This document shows, one piece after another, positions 11,743-22,555 of a stretch of DNA of 32,000 nucleotides. Below the pieces are notes generated by a model that worked only from the letters and a program-made list of their open reading frames with translations, did not search any database and was not told the DNA's origin. Made by a program: the position numbers and the translations under genes. This DNA is from Candidatus Saccharimonadota bacterium. Its GTDB lineage: Bacteria > Pseudomonadota > Gammaproteobacteria > Enterobacterales > Enterobacteriaceae. The stretch spans positions 510,001-542,000 of the forward strand of contig NZ_OZ060402.1 in the NCBI RefSeq assembly GCF_964059045.1, written 5' to 3'. Within the stretch, counting starts at the first letter, position 1, and every line of letters starts with the position of its first letter.

Positions 11743-12444
11743 TTACTTACGGTTCTTTCGATGTTGTTTTTTTTGTGGAGTATTAGATTTATCTGAAGAT
11801 ATAACAGATACCATGCCATCTAATATTTCCCCTTTAAAAATCCACACTTTGATACCAATTACACCATATGTAGTATGTGCTTCAGAAGTATTATATTCAA
11901 TATCTGCTCGCAATGTATGCAATGGTACACGACCTTCTCGATACCATTCTGTTCGAGCAATTTCTGTCCCTCCTAAACGACCACTAACTTCTACTTTAAT
12001 ACCCTTAGCACCTTGACGTATCGTATTCTGAACAGCTCTTTTCATAGCACGCCGAAACATCACTCTTCTTTCTAATTGAGAACTGATATTATCTGCAACT
12101 AATTTCGCATCTAATTCAGGTTTTTTAATTTCAGCAATATTAATTTGAGCAGGTACTCTAGAAATACTGGAAATTACTTTTCTTAATTGATCTACATCTT
12201 CTCCTTTTTTTCCAATAACTATACCAGGCCTTGCAGTATAAATCGTTACCCTAATACTTTTTGAAGGTCTTTCAATAACAATTTTAGATACAAAAGCCTT
12301 AGATAATGTTTTCATTAAAAAACTTCTTACTTTAAAATCACTATCTAAATAATTTGAAAAATCTTTACTGTTCGCAAACCAAACAGAATTCCAAGATTTT
12401 ATTATCCCTAATCGCATACCATTAGGATGTACTTTTTGTCCCAT
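11743..12444 (-). CDS. rpsC: 30S ribosomal protein S3
   Basis: 233 aa starting [14 protein letters not shown], with [18 protein letters not shown] and [26 protein letters not shown]. Confidence 0.97.
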   Translation of the reverse strand: MGQKVHPNGMRLGIIKSWNSVWFANSKDFSNYLDSDFKVRSFLMKTLSKAFVSKIVIERPSKSIRVTIYTARPGIVIGKKGEDVDQLRKVISSISRVPAQINIAEIKKPELDAKLVADNISSQLERRVMFRRAMKRAVQNTIRQGAKGIKVEVSGRLGGTEIARTEWYREGRVPLHTLRADIEYNTSEAHTTYGVIGIKVWIFKGEILDGMVSVISSDKSNTPQKKQHRKNRK

Positions 12445-12463
12445 TAATTGTCTCCAGTGGAAA

Positions 12464-12796
12464 TTAACAACTTGATACTACTATAGTAATATGACTTGTA
12501 CGTTTTAAAATACGATCAGCCCTTCCTTTAGCACGAGGCATCATTCTTTTCATTGAAGGTCCTTCATCAACTAAAATTTTTGTTACTTTTAATTCATCTA
12601 CGTCAGCACCATTGTTGTGTTCTGCATTAGCTATAGCTGATTCTAGTACTTTTTTTAATAATAATGCAGATTTTTTATTAGTATAATTTAAAATATTCAA
12701 TGCCTGAGATATATTCTTTCCACGTATTAAATTAGCTACTAAACGAATTTTTTGAGCTGAAGAATTAGCTTGTTTTAATTTTGCTATCGATTCCAT
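12464..12796 (-). CDS. rplV: 50S ribosomal protein L22
   Basis: 110 aa containing SAQK.RLVA.LIRGK. Confidence 0.96.
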   Translation of the reverse strand: MESIAKLKQANSSAQKIRLVANLIRGKNISQALNILNYTNKKSALLLKKVLESAIANAEHNNGADVDELKVTKILVDEGPSMKRMMPRAKGRADRILKRTSHITIVVSSC

Positions 12797-13096
12797 TTAT
12801 GTTCCTTTTTTAATACTGGTAACCTTTTTTATCTTTTTATCAGCTACATGCCCTTTGTATGTTCTAGTTGGAGAAAACTCACCTAATTTATGACCTACCA
12901 TTTCTTCAGATATAAAAATAGGAATATGTTGTCGACCATTGTGAACAGATATAGTCAAACCAATCATATTAGGGAAAACAGTTGAACGACGAGACCAGGT
13001 TTTTAAAGGTTTTTTATCATTGTTTATTATAGATTTTTCTATTTTATTAAACAAACTAACATCTATAAATGGTCCTTTTTTTAAAGATCTTGGCAT
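12797..13096 (-). CDS. rpsS: 30S ribosomal protein S19
   Basis: 99 aa starting [12 protein letters not shown], with [38 protein letters not shown]. It has about 7 extra C-terminal residues relative to E. coli, so its stop abuts the rplV start codon directly. Confidence 0.96.
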   Translation of the reverse strand: MPRSLKKGPFIDVSLFNKIEKSIINNDKKPLKTWSRRSTVFPNMIGLTISVHNGRQHIPIFISEEMVGHKLGEFSPTRTYKGHVADKKIKKVTSIKKGT

Positions 13097-13117
13097 AAAT
13101 TAATCCTTTCTATATCA

Positions 13118-13939
13118 TTATTTTTTTCGATGATGTAAAATATATTTTTCTGTACGTTTATTATTTCTAGTTTTTTTTCCTTTTGTTTGAATTCCCCAAG
13201 GTGTGACAGGATGTTTCCCAAAATTTCTTCCTTCACCACCACCATGTGGATGATCAACAGGATTCATAGCAGTACCTCTTACTGTTGGTCGAACTCCTCT
13301 CCAACGAGAAGCGCCTGCTTTTCCTAAGACACGTAACATATATTCTGAATTACCAACTTCACCAATAGTAGCTCTACAGTTTGATTCTATTTTTCTCATT
13401 TCTCCAGAACGTAATCGTATACTAGCATAAACTAAATCCCTTGATACTAACTGTACGTAACTACCTGCTGAACGTGCTAACTGACCACCTTTTCCTGGTT
13501 TCATTTCTACATTATGCACTATTGTGCCTACTGGAATATTTTTTATTGGTAAAGTATGACCAATAGTTATAGTGACATTATTTCCTGATATGATTTTATT
13601 ACCGACTTTTAACCCTTTAGGAGCTAAAATATATTTTCGTTCTCCATCTTTATATAAAATTAATGCAATATTAGCTGAACGATTAGGATCATATTCTAAA
13701 CGTTCAACAATACCTGTAATATTATCTTTATTTCTTTTAAAATCAATTATCCTATAAGATTTTTTATGCCCTCCTCCTATATGACGTGTAGTAATTCGTC
13801 CATTATTGTTTCTTCCACCACTTTTATGTTTTTTTTGGATTAATGAACTGAACGGACGACCTTTATATAAATCTGGATTTATTACTTTAATAACATGACG
13901 TCGACCAGGGGATGTGGGTTTGCATTTTACTACTGTCAT
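13118..13939 (-). CDS. rplB: 50S ribosomal protein L2
   Basis: 273 aa with [23 protein letters not shown] and [14 protein letters not shown]. Confidence 0.97.
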   Translation of the reverse strand: MTVVKCKPTSPGRRHVIKVINPDLYKGRPFSSLIQKKHKSGGRNNNGRITTRHIGGGHKKSYRIIDFKRNKDNITGIVERLEYDPNRSANIALILYKDGERKYILAPKGLKVGNKIISGNNVTITIGHTLPIKNIPVGTIVHNVEMKPGKGGQLARSAGSYVQLVSRDLVYASIRLRSGEMRKIESNCRATIGEVGNSEYMLRVLGKAGASRWRGVRPTVRGTAMNPVDHPHGGGEGRNFGKHPVTPWGIQTKGKKTRNNKRTEKYILHHRKK

Positions 13940-13957
13940 CGTTAAATTTCTCCAAAA

Positions 13958-14260
13958 CTACTTATTTCTAGTTCCTATAAAATCTAAATTTTCACCATGA
14001 TGTAAAGTCACGTATGCTTTTTTCCATTGATGACCATATACAATATAATTTTTATGACGTTTATTTTTACCTTTCACTATCAAAGTATTTATATTCTTTA
14101 CTTTTACATTAAATAATTTTTGAATAGCTATTTTGATATCATATTTATTAACATTTTTTTGAACTTTTAACACCACCGTATTTTTTTTTTCTATTAAGAC
14201 AGCAGATTTTTCTGAAATATGTGGTGAAATTAATATTTTAAACAAATTTTTTTCACTCAT
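13958..14260 (-). CDS. rplW: 50S ribosomal protein L23
   Basis: 100 aa with P.ISEKS and KKAYVTL. Its start overlaps the rplD stop by 1 nt (TAATG). Confidence 0.94.
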   Translation of the reverse strand: MSEKNLFKILISPHISEKSAVLIEKKNTVVLKVQKNVNKYDIKIAIQKLFNVKVKNINTLIVKGKNKRHKNYIVYGHQWKKAYVTLHHGENLDFIGTRNK

Positions 14261-14865
14261 TATACTAACATTTCCTCTATTTTTTTAATTGCGTCTACAG
14301 TAATTACAATTCTTTTAAAAGCAATTAAACTGACAGGATCTATAGAATTAGCATATTTAACATCAGTTTTGTATAAATTACGGGAAGCTAAAAATAAATT
14401 TTTATCAGTTTTATCAATAATAATTAAGACATCTTGCAATTTTATATTTCTTAATTTATCAACTAATAATTTTGTTTTCGGGAATTCAATAGAAAATTCA
14501 CTAAATACAATTAGTCTTTTTTGACGTAATAATTCAGAAAAAATACTTTTTAATGCACCTTTATACATTTTTTTATTAACTTTTTGACTGTAATCTTTAT
14601 TTTTAGCTGCAAAAGTTACCCCACCAGAACGCCAAATTGGGCTTCTAATTGAACCTGCACGAGCACGTCCAGTTCCTTTTTGACGCCACGGTTTTTTTCC
14701 AGAACCAGAAACTTCTGCTCGACTTTTTTGACTTTTTGTACCTTGTCTAGTTCCAGCAGAATAAGCAACTATTACTTGATGAATTAATGGTTCGTTAAAA
14801 TCACGTCCAAAAACTTCTTGAGAAACAGAAATAACTTTTTGTACATCATTTAGTGCTAATTCCAT
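14260..14865 (-). CDS. rplD: 50S ribosomal protein L4
   Basis: 201 aa with [33 protein letters not shown]. Confidence 0.97.
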   Translation of the reverse strand: MELALNDVQKVISVSQEVFGRDFNEPLIHQVIVAYSAGTRQGTKSQKSRAEVSGSGKKPWRQKGTGRARAGSIRSPIWRSGGVTFAAKNKDYSQKVNKKMYKGALKSIFSELLRQKRLIVFSEFSIEFPKTKLLVDKLRNIKLQDVLIIIDKTDKNLFLASRNLYKTDVKYANSIDPVSLIAFKRIVITVDAIKKIEEMLV

Positions 14866-14880
14866 TATTTCAACTCCTTC

Positions 14881-15510
14881 TTAGACCTTAACAGCGGGTT
14901 TGACAATAAGATCACTACCTGTTGAACCAGGAACAGCACCTTTTACCAAAAGAAAATTCCGTTGTATATCAATACGAACTATTTTTAAATTCTGAACTGT
15001 CACTCGATGATTACCTAATTGACCAGACATTTTTTTACCTTTAAACACCTTACCAGGTGTTTGATTTTGACCAATTGAACCAGGAACACGATGAGATAAA
15101 GAATTACCGTGTGTAGCATCTTGTGTACGAAAATTCCAACGTTTTACTGTTCCAGAAAAACCCTTTCCTTTAGAAATGCCAATTATATCTACTTTTTTTA
15201 TATTATCCAAAATATTTAAATGAATAATCTGACCAACTTTAAATTTTTGATCGTTGTTAATTCTAAACTCCCATAATCCTCTACCTGCAGCTACAGAAGC
15301 TTTAACAAAATGTCCTTTTTGTGCTTTATTTAAACGATTCGGTTTTTTTTCTCCAGTTGTAATTTGAATAGAATTACAATTATCGTAATTAAGTGTTTTT
15401 ATTTGAGTAACTCTATTTGGTTGAACACCAATGACAGTTACAGGAATTGAAATACCTTCTTCCGTAAATACTCGAGTCATACCAATTTTTTTTCCAACTA
15501 AACCAACCAC
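14881..15510 (-). CDS. rplC: 50S ribosomal protein L3
   Basis: 209 aa starting [18 protein letters not shown], with [39 protein letters not shown]. Confidence 0.97.
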   Translation of the reverse strand: MVGLVGKKIGMTRVFTEEGISIPVTVIGVQPNRVTQIKTLNYDNCNSIQITTGEKKPNRLNKAQKGHFVKASVAAGRGLWEFRINNDQKFKVGQIIHLNILDNIKKVDIIGISKGKGFSGTVKRWNFRTQDATHGNSLSHRVPGSIGQNQTPGKVFKGKKMSGQLGNHRVTVQNLKIVRIDIQRNFLLVKGAVPGSTGSDLIVKPAVKV

Positions 15511-15532
15511 TTTTATCTCCTTAATTTCTTCA

Positions 15533-15990
<458 letters not shown>

Positions 15991-16190
15991 AATAAAATAT
16001 TAATATATAAAAAATAATAAATATTAATTGTTAAAAATAAAGCATTATTTTTTTAAATAACTAATAAAATAATTTAAAAAATTAAAAACAAATTAATAAA
16101 TTATAATAAAAATGTTTTATTAAAAAATTATATTTTTATGTATAAAATTAATTTTAAAAATACTTAAAAATAATAATATCAGATTTAATA

Positions 16191-16253
16191 AAAAAGGTAT
16201 ATATTTAAATATAAATTTTTTATAAAAAATTATTTTTAAATATATACCTTTTT
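16191..16253 (-). terminator. Hairpin with 19-bp perfect arms (aaaaaggtatatatttaaa / tttaaatatataccttttt) around a 25-nt partly self-complementary loop; T-runs follow on both strands. Candidate terminator downstream of tuf
   Basis: Arms 16191-16209 and 16235-16253 are exact reverse complements (checked). It lies ~150 nt downstream of the tuf stop on the minus strand, in the tuf-rpsJ spacer. Confidence 0.45.
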
Positions 16254-16326
16254 ATTTAACATAATTATTATTAATTTAAGATATAAATGATAATATACAA
16301 TATATCAATATTTTTAATAATCATGA

Positions 16327-16363
16327 CATCAAGAAAAGCTAATTAAAAATACTTTTCTTGATG
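16327..16363 (-). terminator. 12-bp stem (catcaagaaaag / cttttcttgatg) with a 13-nt loop, 40 nt downstream of the tuf stop
   Basis: Arms 16327-16338 and 16352-16363 are exact reverse complements. The stem has more G/C than its surroundings. There is no strong U-tract on the minus-strand side, so terminator function is uncertain. Confidence 0.4.
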
Positions 16364-16402
16364 AATAAATATTTTATTAATCATTTAAGAATGGTATACC
16401 AA

Positions 16403-17587
16403 TTAACTTAAAACTTTAGATACAACACCAGCTCCAACAGTACGTCCTCCTTCACGAATAGCAAATCTTAAACCATCTGACATAGCAATTGGATGTATTA
16501 ATGTAACTACCATTTTTACATTATCTCCTGGCATAACCATTTCCATTTCTTCTGGTAATTCTATTGAACCAGTGACATCTGTTGTTCTAAAATAGAATTG
16601 AGGACGATATCCTTTGAAAAAAGGTGTATGTCTGCCCCCTTCTTCTTTAGTCAACACATATACTTCAGATTCAAATTTTATATGAGGATGAATTGTTTTT
16701 GGCTTAGCTAATACTTGTCCTCTTTCTATTTCATCCCTTTTAGTGCCTCTTAATAATACACCAACATTTTCTCCAGCACGGCCTTCATCTAATAATTTTC
16801 TAAACATTTCTACACCAGTACAAGTAGTTTTAATAGTTGGTTTTATACCAACAATTTCTACTTCTTCTCCAACTTTAATAATACCACTTTCTACTCGACC
16901 AGTTACTACAGTCCCTCTCCCAGAAATAGAAAAAACATCTTCTATAGGTAATAAAAATGGTTGTTCTATAGCTCGTATTGGTTGAGGTATATAAGTATCT
17001 AAAAAATTAGCTAAATCAATAATTTTAGACTCCCATACTGGATCTCCTTCTAATGCTTTTAATGCAGATCCTCTTATAATAGGAGTTTCATCTCCAGGAA
17101 AATTATATTGAGTTAATAAATCTCTAACTTCCATTTCGACTAGTTCTAATAACTCTTCATCATCAACCATATCACATTTATTAAGAAAAACAATAATAAA
17201 TGGAACACCTACTTGGCGGCCTAATAAAATGTGTTCTCTAGTTTGAGGCATAGGACCATCAGTAGCAGCAACCACTAAAACAGCCCCATCCATTTGTGCA
17301 GCACCAGTAATCATATTTTTTATATAATCTGCATGTCCTGGACAATCAACATGTGCATAATGTCTTATTTTTGTATCATATTCAACATGAGAAGTATTAA
17401 TTGTAATACCTCTAGCTTTTTCTTCAGGAGCGTTATCTATTTGATCAAATGCATAAGCTGAACCGCCATAAGTTTTAGCTAAAACAGTCGTAATAGCTGC
17501 CGTTAAAGTAGTCTTTCCATGATCCACATGTCCTATAGTACCAACATTAATATGAGGTTTTGTACGATTAAATTTCTCTTTAGACAT
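16403..17587 (-). CDS. tuf: elongation factor Tu
   Basis: 394 aa, the same length as E. coli EF-Tu. It starts [33 protein letters not shown], with [22 protein letters not shown] and [20 protein letters not shown]. Confidence 0.98.
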   Translation of the reverse strand: MSKEKFNRTKPHINVGTIGHVDHGKTTLTAAITTVLAKTYGGSAYAFDQIDNAPEEKARGITINTSHVEYDTKIRHYAHVDCPGHADYIKNMITGAAQMDGAVLVVAATDGPMPQTREHILLGRQVGVPFIIVFLNKCDMVDDEELLELVEMEVRDLLTQYNFPGDETPIIRGSALKALEGDPVWESKIIDLANFLDTYIPQPIRAIEQPFLLPIEDVFSISGRGTVVTGRVESGIIKVGEEVEIVGIKPTIKTTCTGVEMFRKLLDEGRAGENVGVLLRGTKRDEIERGQVLAKPKTIHPHIKFESEVYVLTKEEGGRHTPFFKGYRPQFYFRTTDVTGSIELPEEMEMVMPGDNVKMVVTLIHPIAMSDGLRFAIREGGRTVGAGVVSKVLS

Positions 17588-17641
17588 AATTATATCCTTT
17601 CATATTCATATAATATTTAATAAAATTATATTGCATTAATT

Positions 17642-17682
17642 TAAACCAGTGATGAATAATGCTATTATTCATCACTGGTTTA
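17642..17682 (-). promoter_or_regulatory. 19-bp perfect stem with a 3-nt loop spanning the last codons and tandem TGA-TGA stop of fusA, at the fusA-tuf junction
   Basis: 17642-17660 (taaaccagtgatgaataat) is the exact reverse complement of 17664-17682. The mRNA sense reads ..AAC CAG TGA TGA ATA ATA GCA TTA TTC ATC ACT GGT TTA. Confidence 0.45.
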
Positions 17683-19789
17683 TACTTATTTTATTTTTAA
17701 TAATTGAATCAGAAATATGCATAGGTGCTTCAGAATATTGTAAAAATTCCATAGAATAAGAAGCCCTTCCTTGAGTTTGTGAACGTAAATCAGTAGCGTA
17801 CCCAAACATTTCAGACAAAGGCATTCGAGCTTGAATTACTTTATTAGATAACGTATTATGCATTCCTTCAATAATTCCTCGACGACGACTTAGATCACCT
17901 ATAACATCTCCCATGTAATCTTCAGGTGTTTCTACTTCAACTTTCATTATAGGTTCTAGTAAAATAGGATTGGCTTTATTAAAAGCATTTTTAAAAGCCA
18001 TAGAAGCTGCTATCTTAAATGCCAATTCAGAAGAATCTACATCATGATATGAACCAAAACACAATCGTACTCCAATATCTACAACAGGATAACCAGCTAA
18101 AGGACCAAATTTTAATTGTTCTTGAATACCTTTATTAACTGCCGGAATATATTCTCCAGGAATTACCCCACCTTTAATTTCATTCAAAAAAAGATATCCT
18201 TCCTTTCCAGGATCTAATGGAAATATATCTATAACAACATGACCATACTGACCTCGTCCTCCTGATTGCTTAATATGACGACCTTCAACACCTTTGACTA
18301 TATTGCGAATAGTTTCTCGATAAGCAACTTGTGGTTTTCCTACATTAGCATCGACACTAAATTCACGTTTCATTCTATCTACAATAATTTCTAAATGTAA
18401 TTCTCCCATTCCTGCGATAATGGTTTGATTAGACTCATGATCTACCCAAACACGAAAAGAGGGGTCTTCTTTAGCTAATCTTGCTAAAGCTTGACCCATT
18501 TTTTCTTGATCTAACTTGGTTTTTGGTTCAACAGAAATAGAAATAACTGGTTCAGGAAATTCCATTTTTTCCAAAATAATCACTTTATTAATATCACATA
18601 AAGTATCGCCTGTTGTAACATTTTTTAAACCAATGGCTGCAGCTATATCACCTGCTCTTACTTCTTTAATTTCTTCACGTTTGTTAGCATGCATTTGTAC
18701 TATTCGACCAAATCGTTCTTTTTGAGATTTAACTGAATTAAATATCACATCTCCAGAATTAACTACACCAGAATATACTCTAAAAAAAGTTAAATTACCT
18801 ACAAAAGGATCTGATGCTACTTTAAATGCTAATGCTGAAAAAGATTCTTTATCATCTGAAATTCTTATGCTAGGTGTAGAAAATATATCATTAGAAACTC
18901 CTTTAATATCTTGAATATCAGTAGGAGAAGGTAAATATTCAATAATGGCATCTAATAAAGTCTGAACGCCTTTATTTTTAAATGCAGAACCACATGTTAC
19001 TAACATAATTTCATTATTTAATGCTCTTTTCCTTAAAGCTGATTTTACTTCATTACTACTAATCACAACACCTGATAAATATTTTTCCATGATAATTTCA
19101 TTAGCTTCTGCCGCTGATTCAATTAAATTCTGATGCCAATGCTCTGATAATTCTAACATATCTATAGGAATATTTTCATACGTAAAAGTTAAACCTTTAT
19201 CTAATTCATTCCAATAAATTGCTTGCATTTTTATCAGATCAACAATTCCAGAAAATTTTTCTTCCGATCCAATTGGTAATTGCAAAGGAACCGGATTCCC
19301 TCCTAGTCTTGTTTTTATTTGATCTATTACTTGGAAAAAATTAGCACCCATTCGATCCATTTTATTAACAAACGCTAATCTTGGTACTTTATATTTATTA
19401 GCTTGACGCCATACTGTTTCTGATTGTGGTTGAACTCCTCCTACTGCACAATAGACCATTACAACACCATCTAAAATACGCATAGAACGTTCTACTTCTA
19501 TTGTAAAATCAACATGTCCAGGTGTATCAATAATATTTATTCTATATGGAGAAAATTGTTTTTCCATACCGGACCAAAAGGCGGTTGTTGATGCTGAAGT
19601 AATAGTGATACCTCTTTCTTGTTCTTGCTCCATCCAATCCATAGTAGCAGCACCATCATGAACTTCACCTATCTTATGATTAATACCAGTATAAAATAAA
19701 ATTCGTTCAGTAGTAGTTGTTTTTCCTGCGTCTATATGAGCGCTAATTCCAATATTACGATAATTTATAATAGGTGTTTGACGTGACAT
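17672..19789 (-). CDS. fusA: elongation factor G
   Basis: 705 aa (E. coli 704) with [43 protein letters not shown] and [16 protein letters not shown]. Confidence 0.98.
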   Translation of the reverse strand: MSRQTPIINYRNIGISAHIDAGKTTTTERILFYTGINHKIGEVHDGAATMDWMEQEQERGITITSASTTAFWSGMEKQFSPYRINIIDTPGHVDFTIEVERSMRILDGVVMVYCAVGGVQPQSETVWRQANKYKVPRLAFVNKMDRMGANFFQVIDQIKTRLGGNPVPLQLPIGSEEKFSGIVDLIKMQAIYWNELDKGLTFTYENIPIDMLELSEHWHQNLIESAAEANEIIMEKYLSGVVISSNEVKSALRKRALNNEIMLVTCGSAFKNKGVQTLLDAIIEYLPSPTDIQDIKGVSNDIFSTPSIRISDDKESFSALAFKVASDPFVGNLTFFRVYSGVVNSGDVIFNSVKSQKERFGRIVQMHANKREEIKEVRAGDIAAAIGLKNVTTGDTLCDINKVIILEKMEFPEPVISISVEPKTKLDQEKMGQALARLAKEDPSFRVWVDHESNQTIIAGMGELHLEIIVDRMKREFSVDANVGKPQVAYRETIRNIVKGVEGRHIKQSGGRGQYGHVVIDIFPLDPGKEGYLFLNEIKGGVIPGEYIPAVNKGIQEQLKFGPLAGYPVVDIGVRLCFGSYHDVDSSELAFKIAASMAFKNAFNKANPILLEPIMKVEVETPEDYMGDVIGDLSRRRGIIEGMHNTLSNKVIQARMPLSEMFGYATDLRSQTQGRASYSMEFLQYSEAPMHISDSIIKNKISINQ

Positions 19790-19850
19790 TCGATTCCTAT
19801 AATGTATTGTATTTTTACTAAATTAATTTTTATTATAAAATATAAAAATC

Positions 19851-20321
19851 TTACCAACGATAATGAGCAAAAGCTTTATTAGCTTCAGCCATTCGATGCA
19901 CATCTTCTTTTTTGCGTACTGATGCACCTTTATTTTCTAAAGACTCAAATAATTCATTAGACAAACGTAAAGCCATTGATTTATCATTTCTTTTTCTAGA
20001 TGATTCAATTATCCATCTCATAGCTAATGCATTTCTACGAATAGGACGTACTTCTACAGGTACTTGATAAGTAGATCCACCAACTCGACGAGATTTTACT
20101 TCTACAGTAGGACGGACATTATCTAATGCTAAATCAAAAATCTCTAATTCATTTTTTCCAGTTTTTTTGGATAATATATTTAAAGCTTGATATACAATTA
20201 CTTCAGCTATAGATTTTTTTCCATCTATCATTAATATATTGATAAATTTTGCTAATAATTCAGAATTAAATTTTGGATCCGGTAAAATTTTTCTATGACC
20301 TATAACACGACGTCTTGGCAT
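19851..20321 (-). CDS. rpsG: 30S ribosomal protein S7
   Basis: 156 aa starting [18 protein letters not shown], ending [10 protein letters not shown]. Confidence 0.97.
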   Translation of the reverse strand: MPRRRVIGHRKILPDPKFNSELLAKFINILMIDGKKSIAEVIVYQALNILSKKTGKNELEIFDLALDNVRPTVEVKSRRVGGSTYQVPVEVRPIRRNALAMRWIIESSRKRNDKSMALRLSNELFESLENKGASVRKKEDVHRMAEANKAFAHYRW

Positions 20322-20354
20322 ATCTAACTATTCCTGTAACAAATATTAAAAATC

Positions 20355-20382
20355 AATAATACTATAAAGAAATAGTATTATT
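20355..20382 (-). promoter_or_regulatory. 11-bp stem with a 6-nt loop in the 95-nt rpsL-rpsG intercistronic region; candidate S7 translational-operator structure
   Basis: aataatactat (20355-20365) and atagtattatt (20372-20382) are exact reverse complements. In E. coli, S7 autoregulation acts on a structured rpsL-rpsG intercistronic RNA of similar length. Confidence 0.3.
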
Positions 20383-20416
20383 ATAATAAGAATTATATTC
20401 TAGTTTATTTTTATTT

Positions 20417-20791
20417 TTATTTCTTCACTTTTTTTACACCATATTTAGAACGACTAGTTTTTCTTTCTTTCACCCCTGCACAATCTAAAGCTCCACGTAC
20501 TACGTGATATCTAACTCCTGGTAAATCTTTTACTCTCCCTCCACGTATTAAAATAACAGAATGTTCTTGTAAATTATGACCTTCTCCTCCTATATATGAT
20601 GTAACTTCAAAACCATTTGTAAGACGTACTCGACATACCTTACGTAAAGCAGAATTAGGTTTTTTAGGAGTAGTAGTATATACACGAGTACACACTCCTC
20701 TTTTTTGAGGAGATCCCATTAAAGCAGGAACATTGCTTTTTATAATTTTTCTTGAACGAGGTTTTCGCACTAACTGATTAACTGTTGACAT
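20417..20791 (-). CDS. rpsL: 30S ribosomal protein S12
   Basis: 124 aa starting [12 protein letters not shown], with [57 protein letters not shown]. Confidence 0.98.
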   Translation of the reverse strand: MSTVNQLVRKPRSRKIIKSNVPALMGSPQKRGVCTRVYTTTPKKPNSALRKVCRVRLTNGFEVTSYIGGEGHNLQEHSVILIRGGRVKDLPGVRYHVVRGALDCAGVKERKTSRSKYGVKKVKK

Positions 20792-20933
20792 TATATTTCC
20801 TTATTGAACAAAATTTTAAAAATACATTAAAATATTAAATTTTTAAATATATTGAAATATAGTAATATATTTTTTTATAATTAATGCTAAATTAATTATT
20901 ATGAAAATAATTCATTGACCTAATCTCTGTTAA

Positions 20934-21221
20934 TTACCAAGTAATTTGTTTATGATTTTTTACTGTTAAATTAACAAAATAATTATAATCAATAATAGAA
21001 AATTGTGATGAAATATATACACTTAAACCACGAGCAATGATATCTTCTTTCAAAACGTACAACATTACTGAATTCAAATTTATTTTTTTTAAAAATATAT
21101 TATGTTCAATAGCAATTAACACTCCATCCTGTAATGCAATTAAATCATCCTGATGTTCTAACATACTAGAAAGCAATTCAAGATTACAATAACAAGGAGA
21201 ATTAATAAGAATATGCAACAT
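20934..21221 (-). CDS. tusB: sulfurtransferase complex subunit TusB (DsrH family)
   Basis: 95 aa, the same length as E. coli TusB. It starts MLHIL, with LQDGV, EDIIARGL, IDY..FV.LTVK and a C-terminal W. It lies directly upstream of rpsL, as in E. coli. Confidence 0.9.
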   Translation of the reverse strand: MLHILINSPCYCNLELLSSMLEHQDDLIALQDGVLIAIEHNIFLKKINLNSVMLYVLKEDIIARGLSVYISSQFSIIDYNYFVNLTVKNHKQITW

Positions 21222-21233
21222 ATTTTATTATCC

Positions 21234-21593
21234 TTAAAAATTTATAATGAAATTATAATTATTAATATATTTTTTCAGATCTTTAGGATTTAAATATTTT
21301 ACATTGAATGATAAATTATTAATATTAGACATACCTCTATCTTTAAAAGATTTTTTACAACAATAAATGGTTTTTATTCCATAAATTGGAAGCAACTCCA
21401 GCAATAATAAATAATTATGTAATAAAATTTTTTGTGGTTGTTGATTAGGTATTAATTGAAAAATTCCTTCATTAACAAAAAATAAACCTATTTTTTTAAA
21501 TACTAAAGATGCAGATAAAACCGAATCTACACCTTCACGTCCTATATTACAACCATAAGGACTATGAGAAAATATAAAAGCAACAGATTTCAT
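21234..21593 (-). CDS. tusC: sulfurtransferase complex subunit TusC (DsrF family)
   Basis: MKSVAFIFSHSPYG..GREGVDSVLA... parallels E. coli TusC ([27 protein letters not shown]). The start is placed at the ATG at 21593 (119 aa, as in E. coli) rather than the ORF-track start at 21611. Confidence 0.88.
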   Translation of the reverse strand: MKSVAFIFSHSPYGCNIGREGVDSVLSASLVFKKIGLFFVNEGIFQLIPNQQPQKILLHNYLLLLELLPIYGIKTIYCCKKSFKDRGMSNINNLSFNVKYLNPKDLKKYINNYNFIINF

Positions 21594-21623
21594 AATAATA
21601 TTTAAAATCAATAAAAAACAATA

Positions 21624-22010
21624 TTAAAATTGTATAAAACGATCAGTTTTTTGAATAGAATTTAATAATTCCAAAAAACCTGATAATTTAAAAAAATCAC
21701 CAATATTACTTTTTTTAAAACCTAATAAAGAAGATTTTTCTGTTTCTAATAATCCACGTTTTAAAGAAGAATTTATACAAATATATAATGGAACTTGAAA
21801 ATCCTGGTAAAATTTTTTCCATTCATCAAATAAATTCACTTCATTATTAGCGACTGATAACATTAAGTTTGAATTTAATACTCCATTGCCATAAAAAAAA
21901 ATTAAATCTATTCTATGCTTTAATGATAATAACGCACGAGAAAAAAATAATGCACTACGAGAATTTTGACTATCATAAGGTGATCCTGTAACAATAATAG
22001 TATATGTCAT
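21624..22010 (-). CDS. tusD: sulfurtransferase TusD (DsrE family)
   Basis: 128 aa, the same length as E. coli TusD, with a DsrE-like N-terminus (IIVTGSPYDSQNS). It is the first gene of the tusDCB cluster. Confidence 0.9.
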   Translation of the reverse strand: MTYTIIVTGSPYDSQNSRSALFFSRALLSLKHRIDLIFFYGNGVLNSNLMLSVANNEVNLFDEWKKFYQDFQVPLYICINSSLKRGLLETEKSSLLGFKKSNIGDFFKLSGFLELLNSIQKTDRFIQF

Positions 22011-22555
22011 ATAAATACCACAATCATATATAAAGATATAATTTTATAATGATTATTTATTATTTTTTAAAAAATATATTACTAAAAATAAAACTTGAAA
22101 AAATATCTTTATTTAATTTTCATAATTATTAAAATATTATTTATTTAAATACCATACATTACAGCAAAATATTATTTGTAATTTGATTATTTTTTAAATA
22201 AAAAATAAAAATGTAAAATATTGTTAATATAAAACTAAATAAAAAATATCTTTCCTAGTGTATTAAAAATCTTTTTTAAAATTATTATTATTTTTATAAA
22301 GAATAATATATATAAAATATAAAAACATCATTATTTTAATAACTAAATAATATTTAATGATCAATATATTCAAAATAATAAATATTATTCATTATTTACT
22401 AATAATCTGATTATATAAATTTATTCGTTATCAATAAATATCTTCAAAAAAATATCATTGATTTTTTTTAAAATTAATTAAATCAATATAATATTATAAA
22501 AATCATAATAAAAATGAAATTATTTATAAATTAAATAAAAAATATATTTTTATGA

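Noticed and set aside
22011-22555. An attempt to recognise an fkpA, slyD or yheO pseudogene remnant in the tusD-argD spacer by reading frames by eye.
   Set aside because: I saw no stretch with recognisable FKBP-type motifs or any extended open frame. The sequence is almost pure A/T. A pseudogene call would be unsupported without a sensitive TBLASTN.
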